The notes under the pieces were generated by a model. It was not told where the DNA came from, ran no database searches, and saw nothing but the letters and a program-made list of their open reading frames with translations. From an uncultured virus (IMG/VR IMGVR_UViG_3300032135_000002) (lineage: Duplodnaviria; Heunggongvirae; Uroviricota; Caudoviricetes), in IMG/VR virus record IMGVR_UViG_3300032135_000002: a DNA stretch of 64,000 nt. The stretch is one strand, 5' to 3'. The stretch's first letter is position 1, and every line of letters starts with the position of its first letter. Positions 10,901 to 19,692 of this stretch are shown here, piece by piece. The position numbers and the translations under genes were made by a program.

Positions 10901-11562
10901 CTCAACAGTCATACATAGGGTTAAGTGACAGTAGTGTTTTAGGAACATTGCTGGACCCTGCAACAATACAGTATGCTTTTTTTACTGACAGCGAAGCTGT
11001 TGGCAGCCCTGGCGATTATCGTATGAGAGTAGCTGTTATCGAGTCTGGAATAGAAAGGGCGTTTGTTGAAGATATTCCTTACGACAACACAAATAACAGC
11101 GTATTTAGGATAATTTTGCTTAACAGCGGAATAATGGTTTATCAGTATTCTACTACTGAATCTCCTGGTTGGGTTACCTTGTATGAGTCTCCAGCAATAG
11201 GAACTGTTCCCCTGGTAGATTACTATTTTGATATGGCGTGTGTTCCAAGAAGTAATTACGGTCTTGAACTTGTGCAGTATTATTCTTTGGATGAAACCAA
11301 CCCAGACTATTACACCTATATTGGTAATGGGGTAGATACAGGAGTATTTGATCCTCTTTACCGAATAACTGATCCTGACCCGACTAAGGTTTTTATAGAC
11401 GGAGTAGAAGCGGTTAACATAGGAACTAATGATACCGATACTGCTTTACAGGCTGGTAACTACGCTTTGTTTAATACGGGTGGAGTTATAAGGTATAGTT
11501 CTGCAGATATTGGAAAAACAGTTTCCGTAGAGGCCTACGTTGTTAAAGATGAATTTTTATGA
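7972..11562 (+). CDS. Large fibre/receptor-binding-like protein with a beta-propeller region
   Basis: 1196 aa, aromatic and beta-rich, Asp-box YYSDDDGLTW, propeller-like blades. Confidence 0.55.
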   Translation: MKMKGDIVAVLRNIETGEITKTVESENHIQDEFLRYLVENNSQNDFYDEIFISPVNIGRQTTGWTDRKITQARSGVGIVGVPAVENTVDIIPNVNLRQIAKRFVPPSVDTEINTIGVCLNTNYGEANSPCAVVWLSETLIQTPLETLDVYYRLQAVKSPKLPRGSKGILDVSFSPHEERCIANSLIDFYEATNIYWHYPVSNRAYPTRSAFSKLNFREFDTYQASSMYCDETNANSYGSWSSTYYKSWYGLTLVPAENVGYVITWMAPHYYNFLNQRIKSLDGSPVQGIFGHRSTSTGPFYSPTDSQLGLGSINVNGDNWTDPDVPEFYQIDIVTSGVIGVSEYKFVQQKTLGFSGNSFGWVGETLPFTSQLNSHITDGFPICRDDYSIPGPYSYQFLGAGDNYDSSAMSVAFEYEPGTTKVMFVWVDSFCITEILTGETQAFDNTKVYDGKVIPTFLPTDIRQRCVTSGKEIYIACGNTGLYKFNAALDTLTVIDSNVSSLVGTTGCYGVCEGNAGRIWAFFGHTTTPDIYYSDDDGLTWVGAGFNDVTLTTTPELVVGLQADKNAAGGQLAVIHYNEIWNGTDQDVLHTWWNQATATATPVGSVLRRKDVSQMQNCHWGYYLTDHNYYFADALVCSPNQSQWNCISAGDLDGRPVNYPFEGVGFSNVSGSAQNKCLHTNYVIDKDGDDAIFYVANSDQNGGDPSGSGLISCSILVKADHSAVETCPMPSGLGDGELYLRDGLCLYRSYNTDTWASNTDIVRGINLNHWNMISVAPRRIQERDYSLYPGICHLTLPEYGWDGIQWVKGHHGAKPTHAGLEEIIEGITVSFDDKAGVSPLLDSDHYTFTMVDGVFLDGSTSFNAEWTRYIKEVEVVTDIESATLPADLKVSNAFTTFIPQDDADFVDKSNMNTDALAGKVLGTGNGLTGNYTGRIRSAAPVLSGSAVSFLPNNTIFGDYSNVQGAFQFTIYSDGRYPQQSYIGLSDSSVLGTLLDPATIQYAFFTDSEAVGSPGDYRMRVAVIESGIERAFVEDIPYDNTNNSVFRIILLNSGIMVYQYSTTESPGWVTLYESPAIGTVPLVDYYFDMACVPRSNYGLELVQYYSLDETNPDYYTYIGNGVDTGVFDPLYRITDPDPTKVFIDGVEAVNIGTNDTDTALQAGNYALFNTGGVIRYSSADIGKTVSVEAYVVKDEFL

Positions 11563-11593
11563 AATTTGACGTAGCTACAATGGTAAAATTATA

Positions 11594-11935
11594 ATGTTTG
11601 TAATCAACACTGAAATAGAAGTTAACTGGATACTGCCAGCAACGGTATCCGGTTACCAAAATACAGATTTTGACGTATCCATCAAAAGACCTGATGGCTC
11701 GTCTACGTACCTTGACGGTATTTTGGAGCCTGGTGGTGCAGTAAAGACGGCAGACTTTATAGCTCCTACAGATATCACGACAGGAGCTGCAACGTACCGT
11801 CTAAACCCGGATATGGTAGGAGTTTGGGTTGTTGTACTGACAATGGGAAATAAAGAGTACAACAATATTTTCTATGAGTATTTCCTTAGAGTTAGCGAAC
11901 CTGACACTCACATATACCAACAAGTGACGGTGTAA
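11594..11935 (+). CDS. Small Ig-like virion protein, paralog of the 6268 N-domain
   Basis: Shared pattern W...ATVS...D....P.GS..Y...D...PT....G...Y...P...G.W. Confidence 0.55.
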   Translation: MFVINTEIEVNWILPATVSGYQNTDFDVSIKRPDGSSTYLDGILEPGGAVKTADFIAPTDITTGAATYRLNPDMVGVWVVVLTMGNKEYNNIFYEYFLRVSEPDTHIYQQVTV

Positions 11936-11939
11936 GAAA

Positions 11940-12872
11940 ATGGCAGATATAGAACTAACCAACCTTACAGACAGCACTAACGCTGATAATGGTACAGGTG
12001 TATTTGACAAGCTTATACAGTCAATTGAACAGCATATTGAGTCTCAGTACAAAGCAGGACGTATAACAGGCAATGATTACTGGAGTGTTTATCTGGGGTC
12101 AATGCAGTCTGCTTTGTCAGAATCTGTAAAATTTCTTCTGAGTGAGCAACAGTCTGCAAAACAGGCCGAACTCATTAGTGAGCAGATACTGAGCGAGCAA
12201 AAGAAAAATGAGGCTGGCGGTCTCATTGATCTTGAAAAGAAAAAGAATCAGGAACAGATTGATCTGATTATTGCTCAAACAGCTGCCCAGTACGAAAGTA
12301 TTGATGCTTCGCGTAAAGACACAAACAGAAAAAATCTGCTGAACAGTAAGCAGGTTATAAAAATTGGTAAAGAAAGCGAATTGCTGACTACTCAAAATTC
12401 AGAGCTTCTTTTGAATGGCGTAGTAGAACGGGCATTGAAAGCAGCACAAGAAGTAGCTACTGCCAGTAATGCAATTGACAACACGAACAAAACAAACGCC
12501 GATGTAGCCTTTGTAAACGCTAAAGAATCGGATCAGATTTACGTAACAGCCAATATAAGACCTCTTGAAACTTCCAAACTGGAAGAAGAAATTGATCTTT
12601 TGCAGTCAAGGGATCTTGAGCAGCTTGCTGCTACAGTTCGTATGGATCTGGAATCGGCCAAGAAAGTTTTGTTGATCGAAGCTCAGACACTTGGATTCAA
12701 AGTAAACGGCAAGCAGAATTTGCTCAAGCAGATGTTTGAAGGTTTCGCTATCGAAACTACGACTAACGGTGCAGTCACAGCTCCAGCACCTAGTCTGAAT
12801 AGCAGTGTTTCCTTGGAAATGGTAGCTAACTCAATTTTTGATGACTTGGCACCATCGGCAGGAACTATATGA
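11940..12872 (+). CDS. N4 gp54-like virion protein
   Basis: GTGVFDKL...HIESQYKAGRITGNDY.SVYLGSMQSALSESVKFLL resembles N4 gp54; coiled-coil body. Confidence 0.75.
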   Translation: MADIELTNLTDSTNADNGTGVFDKLIQSIEQHIESQYKAGRITGNDYWSVYLGSMQSALSESVKFLLSEQQSAKQAELISEQILSEQKKNEAGGLIDLEKKKNQEQIDLIIAQTAAQYESIDASRKDTNRKNLLNSKQVIKIGKESELLTTQNSELLLNGVVERALKAAQEVATASNAIDNTNKTNADVAFVNAKESDQIYVTANIRPLETSKLEEEIDLLQSRDLEQLAATVRMDLESAKKVLLIEAQTLGFKVNGKQNLLKQMFEGFAIETTTNGAVTAPAPSLNSSVSLEMVANSIFDDLAPSAGTI

Positions 12873-13135
12873 AGACAAAAAAAGAAGTTCTCGACTTAAT
12901 TAACGAAGCAATCGAGGAAGAAAAAGGCCGTTCAGTTGGAATCGACGACATGTTTATGGATTCTGAACTGGACAGTCTGGGGGTTGTGTTAACGTTAGTA
13001 GCGTTAGAAGAAGAATTTGGTGACATGGAAGGATTTACTGAAGGTGAAGAACTACACGGAATAGAAGAACTTACTGTCAGGGACCTGGTGAAACAATGCA
13101 TATTAGCGATTTCAAGTACTTCAAAGGAACCGTAA
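12869..13135 (+). CDS. Acyl carrier protein-like
   Basis: 88 aa, very acidic. LDSLG phosphopantetheine-site motif (Ser codon 12974-12976), helix II LVALEEEFG, C-terminal TVRDLV. Confidence 0.85.
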   Translation: MKTKKEVLDLINEAIEEEKGRSVGIDDMFMDSELDSLGVVLTLVALEEEFGDMEGFTEGEELHGIEELTVRDLVKQCILAISSTSKEP

Positions 13136-13926
13136 AAGAAAACGGCTACGTAGCAATACCAGACCTGAAAAGGGACCGGCCCAGTGTCGGTCAGTTTATT
13201 AAGATGGCTGATTTAGACATCGTTTTAACCAGACCTACAGCCTTCTTGTACGTTGATGGCTTCCTGGTGTCTCAGTCAGACAACGGTATGCGAGAGCCTG
13301 TAAAAGTAAGCAAGGCTGCCATACTGAAAAGCGGTACCAGTTACATTGCCCATGAGTGGGTTCACACCTTCAAGAACAAAGAACACCTCAAGCACGTTAA
13401 TATGATAACGAGTACCTGCGCTGCTGGAGTACAAGCAATCTGGGAGGCTAGAGCACTGCTTGAAAGCGGTATGGTAGAAGAGGTGATAGTGATAGGTGCT
13501 GAAAGAACTACTGACGCTACTCTTGCCTTGTTCAGTGAGCTTAGAATACCAATCACCTGCGGAGATGGGTTTGCTTACATTCGGCTTTGTAAAGGCTATG
13601 GTATCCATAACCCCGTTTGGAAGTACACATACCAACAAAACCCTTTCCATTTCCCGAAGGAAGTCTTGGACACCTTAATACCTGAGTACCCAGTAGATTA
13701 CGTAAAACTGCACGGTACCGGCACACCGTCCAACACAGAGGGCGAATCAGGTCTGGCTGCCATAGCTACACCTATAACCTATAAGCAGGACATAGGACAC
13801 ACCCAGGGCGTTAGCGCACTCCTGGAAACGTGTATGGTTTTAGACGATCCTGAAATTGTAGGAAAAATACTTGTTACGGCAAATGGTCTTGGAGGATTTT
13901 ACGGTTCTTTCTTGGTGGTGAAATAA
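13096..13926 (+). CDS. Minimal beta-ketoacyl-ACP synthase (FabF/FabB-like thiolase fold)
   Basis: STCAAGVQAI (catalytic Cys), VIVIGAE, HGTGTPSN (His), KQDIGHTQG (Lys, His), C-terminal GLGG. Only 276 aa. Confidence 0.85.
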   Translation: MHISDFKYFKGTVKENGYVAIPDLKRDRPSVGQFIKMADLDIVLTRPTAFLYVDGFLVSQSDNGMREPVKVSKAAILKSGTSYIAHEWVHTFKNKEHLKHVNMITSTCAAGVQAIWEARALLESGMVEEVIVIGAERTTDATLALFSELRIPITCGDGFAYIRLCKGYGIHNPVWKYTYQQNPFHFPKEVLDTLIPEYPVDYVKLHGTGTPSNTEGESGLAAIATPITYKQDIGHTQGVSALLETCMVLDDPEIVGKILVTANGLGGFYGSFLVVK

Positions 13927-14414
13927 TGTTTACCACACCGGCAATAATGGGACCTGACGTAGAATTTAGAAATTGCGTTGAAGGTGACGTAGCAAGGCAT
14001 TTTCAAAAAATAAAAGAGTACATTGAACCAGAGTTTCAAGATGACCATATTAGTAAAATGAAAGATTGTGTAGAGGATGGAACAGCGTTTGTCACCAAAG
14101 GTGATGAGTGTTTTATGTACTACAAAAAAACCAAAGAAGCTTTTGCAGATGCTGTTTCAATCTACGGTAAAAACTATCCGTTGATGATGATGGCAATGAT
14201 TGCTGGAATACCAAAACATGTTCCAGAGGATAAGAAAGACACAATTTTTTTGTACCTTACTCTGCACATAGGCAAGGATATAAAAGAGTACAAAGGAATG
14301 CTTTCAAAGACAGCAATATACCGTCACAGGACTAATGGTGACAGACTACTTATACGTACTGACGATCTCATAAGAAAATTTGAAAAGCTAAGGCTTAGGA
14401 GATTGGAAAAGTGA
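13926..14414 (+). CDS. Hypothetical protein, possibly a GNAT-like acyltransferase
   Basis: 162 aa. N-terminal VEFRNCVEGDVARHF resembles GNAT beta1-alpha1. Coupled to the ketosynthase gene by TAATG. The fold call is weak. Confidence 0.35.
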   Translation: MFTTPAIMGPDVEFRNCVEGDVARHFQKIKEYIEPEFQDDHISKMKDCVEDGTAFVTKGDECFMYYKKTKEAFADAVSIYGKNYPLMMMAMIAGIPKHVPEDKKDTIFLYLTLHIGKDIKEYKGMLSKTAIYRHRTNGDRLLIRTDDLIRKFEKLRLRRLEK

Positions 14415-17182
14415 GCGCAGTAATTGACGCTATAGAAAGTGTACTAGGAGCAATCGGTGACGCAATTGAGTCTTTCGTGTCTTTTGTCTGGAACGAAATT
14501 GTACTTAGAGAATTGGGAGATGTTCTTGGGCTTTTTGGTATTGAGGATGAGACTGTAGTTACTGTATCAAAAATATCTACAAAAATGTTTGACGAAAATA
14601 CTGAAGACGTAGTAAAAGCTGCAAAAACAAGAGCAGTAATGCGGTGGCTTAAAAGTGATATTTCTTTCTGGAAGTTCGTGTATTTTGAAATGAATTTAAC
14701 CAGAGGAAAGATAAATGGGTATTACAATTTCGCAGATAAAGGTAGATACATACACGGTTTGCCTAGTATGTCTGTGCAGGGTGAAAATAAAGATGAAAGT
14801 GCTATTAAAGATGCAATAGACGTTGTTTACTCTACCAATTCTGTACTTACATACAGTTCTAACAGCTACCCAACTTCTGAAGAACACTTCAAATTCCAGC
14901 TTCAAGGCGGTACCACAAACTATAAGCCAGGTCTTAATCAGCTGACTTACGATAATGAGTGGGGAAAAACATTTAGCAACTGGGCTTGGGGCAGTGTTAC
15001 GTACCTGAGTGGATCTAATAACTATGAAATATTAATAACCAGGGTAGCTGAAAGAGCTTCGTTTTGGATAGAAGGACCATCCGAAGTAACAGAAAGCAGT
15101 ACTGTTAATCTAATTGTAAGATCTAACAGACCAGTTCCTGTAGGGGAAAGTGTAACAGTAAATTTCACCTATTCTGGAACAGTAGATTCAAGCCAGTACA
15201 CAGCACCGGCATCGGCTGTAATGGCTGGTGGTTCAAGCTCTGTATCAATAGCAGTATCAATAACAGAAGACGCAATAAGCGAGTCTTTGGGTAATATAGT
15301 AACAACCGTAGATTCGATAACAAATACGAACGGAGCTTTTGAAGATTTAGTAATCACATTAGACTCAGTAGATACTTCTGTTTACGATAACGATTCTTTG
15401 GTTTTGACTCTGGATTCTATCTACGTAAATGAGTCAGATACTACGGTGACGGTACCAATAAAGCTGACCCAGGATGTTTCCGGAGGGTTTACAGTAGATT
15501 ATACACTGCCTGAAGGAACAGCAATTGCAGGTGTTGACTACGACGGTACTGGAGGTACGTTAACTTTTGCAGGAACTGCAGGAGAAGTTCAAAACATAGT
15601 CGTACCAATGACAGCCGATGTATCAACAGGATCGAGAGAAGACTTCACAGTTGCTTTGCAAAACTGCTCAGATGTCAGCGTAGATACTTCAAGAGTGGCA
15701 ACTGTAACTATTATAGATTCTGACCCTGGTGGACCAGCTCCTGATACATCAGTTTATGTAGCAACATTTATAGAGCCACAGTTTGTGGACGAAAGAGCAA
15801 TGGTGTGTAAATACTACACCAGTGGTCAAAGTTCTACCGATTGGTACTACTGGATCTACTATTACAGCTCAAACCTGTATCCAGACATTGATCCTTTAAA
15901 TACTGTTATTAGTGAACTTGAAATGCTCCCTGTTGGCATTATAAGAAAAGACAAAGTAAACGTAGATTTTGACAAAGATGGAGAAGAATATAAGACAACA
16001 AAAAACCTTTTGAGATTGGTAGATCTAAACGTAGACGATCTTATAGCGGGTGTAGAAGCTAACCCAGATAAAGATACGGTAGATGACGCTTACGTAAATT
16101 TTGCAGTTAGCCCAAGTGATACAGGGCCAGAAGTTGCAAAACTTCTTTATCTAACGTTTTATGAAATTATAGAAGTTAGAGGTATTACCTCTAATTCTGG
16201 AAAGTACACTTCTGCCTTCAGTGAGCAAGATGTTAACAACGGAAATGTTTGGACAAATCACAGTTACGTTAAAGACATATCTGGGTCTATTGGCACCGTA
16301 GGTATTCATACACACGAAATTGCGTGGACAAGTTACGAAAACAAGCTAACTTTAAGATTTCAAAAAACGGCTATCAGCTACGATGAAATCGTAATAGAAA
16401 ACATGAACAGCATGTCGAGTATAAAGTACGACGGTTACCATAAAGCAGCGTTTAACACACTTAAAGACAGTTCATTCACAATTCCACTGTCCTGGTACGT
16501 TTATGATCAGTTAACTAATGAAGAACTGATGAAGGTTTACCAGAAAATATTTCGTGTTGATTTTTATTCGATCGAAGTAACTCACTTAGCTTGGTACGAA
16601 ACTGCGGCATTTTTCAGCTTTATAAAATTTGCTTTGATAATAGTGTCTATTGTACTTACCGCTATTACGTTCGGAGCAGCAAGTGGTTTTTACGCAGGTG
16701 TTTGGGCAGTAATTCAGCAGGTTGTTATAAGTTATGTTGTAATGGAAATTGTAGTAGAGATTGCAGCGGCTACCGGAAGTGCTGCTTTAGCAGCTGCTAT
16801 AGGACTTATAGCTGCATTTATAATGAGAGACTTTTCAGGTCTTGAGCAAGTTGGGTTCTTTACCGCTGAGGGTGTGACATCGGCTATAACTGCATACTCA
16901 GCTGGATTGGGCACAGTGTACAAAGTAGAACTTGAAGAGATGACGGCAGAAACCGAAAAACTTATGGAGGAAATGAAGGAAAAAGAAGATTACTATGAGA
17001 ATAATTCCCCAGCAAGCAATTCTATATTAGACGCATCTTTTTACGCATCATTAAGTTCTACAGAAACCATGCTGTATCAATCCAGAGACGCACAGTACGA
17101 CTATAACGCTCAATTGACAGGTGCTTATGATAGACTTGTTAAAAATTACCACAGTGCACTTTTAGACTTGGGCATACATTAA
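14411..17182 (+). CDS. N4 gp53-like tail/membrane protein with two Calx-beta domains
   Basis: Synteny with N4; Calx-beta motif TVDYTLPEGTAIAGVDY.G.GGTLTF; hydrophobic C-terminal segments; GTG start. Confidence 0.7.
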   Translation: MSAVIDAIESVLGAIGDAIESFVSFVWNEIVLRELGDVLGLFGIEDETVVTVSKISTKMFDENTEDVVKAAKTRAVMRWLKSDISFWKFVYFEMNLTRGKINGYYNFADKGRYIHGLPSMSVQGENKDESAIKDAIDVVYSTNSVLTYSSNSYPTSEEHFKFQLQGGTTNYKPGLNQLTYDNEWGKTFSNWAWGSVTYLSGSNNYEILITRVAERASFWIEGPSEVTESSTVNLIVRSNRPVPVGESVTVNFTYSGTVDSSQYTAPASAVMAGGSSSVSIAVSITEDAISESLGNIVTTVDSITNTNGAFEDLVITLDSVDTSVYDNDSLVLTLDSIYVNESDTTVTVPIKLTQDVSGGFTVDYTLPEGTAIAGVDYDGTGGTLTFAGTAGEVQNIVVPMTADVSTGSREDFTVALQNCSDVSVDTSRVATVTIIDSDPGGPAPDTSVYVATFIEPQFVDERAMVCKYYTSGQSSTDWYYWIYYYSSNLYPDIDPLNTVISELEMLPVGIIRKDKVNVDFDKDGEEYKTTKNLLRLVDLNVDDLIAGVEANPDKDTVDDAYVNFAVSPSDTGPEVAKLLYLTFYEIIEVRGITSNSGKYTSAFSEQDVNNGNVWTNHSYVKDISGSIGTVGIHTHEIAWTSYENKLTLRFQKTAISYDEIVIENMNSMSSIKYDGYHKAAFNTLKDSSFTIPLSWYVYDQLTNEELMKVYQKIFRVDFYSIEVTHLAWYETAAFFSFIKFALIIVSIVLTAITFGAASGFYAGVWAVIQQVVISYVVMEIVVEIAAATGSAALAAAIGLIAAFIMRDFSGLEQVGFFTAEGVTSAITAYSAGLGTVYKVELEEMTAETEKLMEEMKEKEDYYENNSPASNSILDASFYASLSSTETMLYQSRDAQYDYNAQLTGAYDRLVKNYHSALLDLGIH

Positions 17183-17196
17183 AAAGGTATATTAAA

Positions 17197-17667
17197 ATGG
17201 CTGAAAACGGATCTTATTATCAACCCTTTGAAGTTAACAGTGGATTGCCTTCACTGGCTAATAGGAATCAAGTTCCAGGTACAGGGATGAGTTCTTATAC
17301 AGCTTATCCATCTTTAGACGTAAGACAAAGCCTGGGTAAAGGTGGATCTGCACCAACAGCAGGAATGCCAGATCCTGCAATGGGTGGTTTAGATGTTAAC
17401 GGTGGTGGTGGTATGCCATTTTGGGGTGGTGACAGTATGATTGGTAATATGGGACAAGGCATGAACCTTATAGGTAGCGGTGTATCTCTTGTAGGTATGC
17501 TTCAAAACATGAAAGATGCACGCAAAAACAACGATATTAATCGCAAAAACATCGGTCAACAGATGTCTCAGTCAAAGGTAGCATTTGATCGCAGTGTTGC
17601 ACGCCAAGATGGAACGTCTGAAGCTATTCGTCAAAGAAATGAGCGCGTAGCTCAAATGAATCAGTAA
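17197..17667 (+). CDS. N4 gp52-like small ejection protein
   Basis: 156 aa, Gly/Met-rich with a hydrophobic stretch, no Cys; synteny. Confidence 0.55.
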   Translation: MAENGSYYQPFEVNSGLPSLANRNQVPGTGMSSYTAYPSLDVRQSLGKGGSAPTAGMPDPAMGGLDVNGGGGMPFWGGDSMIGNMGQGMNLIGSGVSLVGMLQNMKDARKNNDINRKNIGQQMSQSKVAFDRSVARQDGTSEAIRQRNERVAQMNQ

Positions 17668-17679
17668 TAGGAAACACTC

Positions 17680-19635
17680 ATGGCTGCTTACGATCTTAAT
17701 GTACAAAGACCAGCTTCATTATCGGTTCCAAATTCGCCTGGAGCTAACGACTTAGCCAGATTTTTGAGTGTGTCAGAATCTGCCAGGGCGAACCAAGAAA
17801 AAGAAAAACTTAGCCAAAATATGTTTGACTGGGAAAAAGGTGCCGGAAAACGGGCGTTAACAGCAGCAGAGTCTGAACGTGAAAGAGTTCGTCAAGAAAA
17901 TATGGCAATGGGTAAATACTCTACAGATTCTGCAAGCGGCTACCTGTCAGATGCTAAGGAAGGGTTCCGTTTAGAAGCGGATACCCTAAAACAATTTGAT
18001 ACAGCGTACCCAAATGCCACCCCAGAGCAGCGGGACGGAATGCGTCAAAGAACTAGAGAAAAAATAACACAGACTCCTGGTGCTTTTGTTGACCAAAAAA
18101 CGATGCGATTCGATCTTGAAAACCAATTTGTAAACGAGTATGGGTTGGATAGAACAAAAGCCGCATCAGAAGCTGAAAGGATTATGGCTGCCAACTTTAC
18201 AGCACCTAAAGCACCTAATGAAAATGTCATGAAAGCTTACCTTGATACAGCTCTTAATGGTGGTGTTGGGTCCATGATAGCTAAGTACAATCCTAATGGT
18301 GAAAATGGCCAAGGATCTTATGGAACAAAAGGGAGTAGCGGTTATAGGTCAGAAGCAGAATTTGTAAAAGAAGTTCAGACTGGGGTAGATTCACAATTTG
18401 AAGAAGGTTCAAGAGGTTTAAGTATTAACTTCCCTGGTTCAAATCATGAAATTTACAAAGATGAACTTAGAGCTGCAGGGTTGTTGGCACAAACCCAACA
18501 AGGTATAAAACCTCAGTATTTTAATTCTGTTGTTTTAGGCATGTCACAAAATGGAAAACTGCCTAACGGACAAGATACAAAAGATTTAAAAAACTCTAAA
18601 AGTGAACTTTTTCAAACCATAACAACTAACGCTAGGATTCTTCAAGATCAGGCTGAAGGTCGTGGTAGAAACGGACGAAATGGTGGCTTATCTTTATCTC
18701 AGTTGGGTGAAATTTCTCAAAATGACATGAATATGAGATTTGAAACCATCGGTAAAGTAGGTGAACTATACAGACAACAGGGTGGAGTTCTTACTTCTGA
18801 CGAACAGTATCAGTTAATGAACGATCCCGCATTGCTTGAAGAATTTGGATTACTTCTTCAAGAATCTGTACCGAAGCAACAAGGCGGAGGAAACCCATCA
18901 CCCGCGGCTTCTGTACCTGCTCCTGTACCGGTTCCGGAAGCTAGTGCTAATAACCCCGCTCCTGCTCCAGAAGTGACAGTAGATGACATTGAAGACCCTG
19001 ATCCTATTGCCAATGCTTTGGGTGAAGGTGGAAATAGACCTGGACAGGGTACCTCTCCTGAAAGTGGTACAAAACAAACGGGAAATTCTCTTGAAGCACA
19101 GCTTGCTGGAATGGCAACAAGCAGTGAATCAGAGTTGCTACAAAATCAAAAAATGGCTATTGAAGAACAGCTTTCAAACACTCCTTCAGGCAATGACAGT
19201 ACTAAATTGTTTGCCGAATTGAATACTATTGATGATAAACAAGATGATAACTATGTAAAAAGTACTAAAGAAAGTGTTTCATTAATGACAGCCGGATACT
19301 TAAAAAATGCGATACCAGATCAAGAGTATAGAAGCAGGGCTCAATCAATAGTTAATAGAATTAAAAGTGGGTCAGCAAGTGATAATGAAGTATTAGAGCT
19401 AAGAACTATTTTTAAAAAATTCGGCAGAGCTGATAAAACATCACAACTTATGTTGCCCGGCAACACCCCAGCACCGTCCAGACAAGAGACCGGACCCACA
19501 GGTAACGGGCTTTCGCTAGCAGAAATGTCCTATGAGCCTAACCAGTCTGAAATTTACTCACAGGCTAATGGGTCCGAGCAGATAGAACTGAACAGAAGCA
19601 TGTTGAAGAGTAATTTTCCAAATCAGTTTCTATAG
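17680..19635 (+). CDS. N4 gp51-like ejection protein
   Basis: 651 aa, no Cys, Pro/Ala linker; position before the vRNAP genes. Confidence 0.55.
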   Translation: MAAYDLNVQRPASLSVPNSPGANDLARFLSVSESARANQEKEKLSQNMFDWEKGAGKRALTAAESERERVRQENMAMGKYSTDSASGYLSDAKEGFRLEADTLKQFDTAYPNATPEQRDGMRQRTREKITQTPGAFVDQKTMRFDLENQFVNEYGLDRTKAASEAERIMAANFTAPKAPNENVMKAYLDTALNGGVGSMIAKYNPNGENGQGSYGTKGSSGYRSEAEFVKEVQTGVDSQFEEGSRGLSINFPGSNHEIYKDELRAAGLLAQTQQGIKPQYFNSVVLGMSQNGKLPNGQDTKDLKNSKSELFQTITTNARILQDQAEGRGRNGRNGGLSLSQLGEISQNDMNMRFETIGKVGELYRQQGGVLTSDEQYQLMNDPALLEEFGLLLQESVPKQQGGGNPSPAASVPAPVPVPEASANNPAPAPEVTVDDIEDPDPIANALGEGGNRPGQGTSPESGTKQTGNSLEAQLAGMATSSESELLQNQKMAIEEQLSNTPSGNDSTKLFAELNTIDDKQDDNYVKSTKESVSLMTAGYLKNAIPDQEYRSRAQSIVNRIKSGSASDNEVLELRTIFKKFGRADKTSQLMLPGNTPAPSRQETGPTGNGLSLAEMSYEPNQSEIYSQANGSEQIELNRSMLKSNFPNQFL

Positions 19636-19692
19636 GAAATGAAAAACTCAATACCTAGTATTCCTAAACGGTAAAAAATAGGTAAAGGAAAA

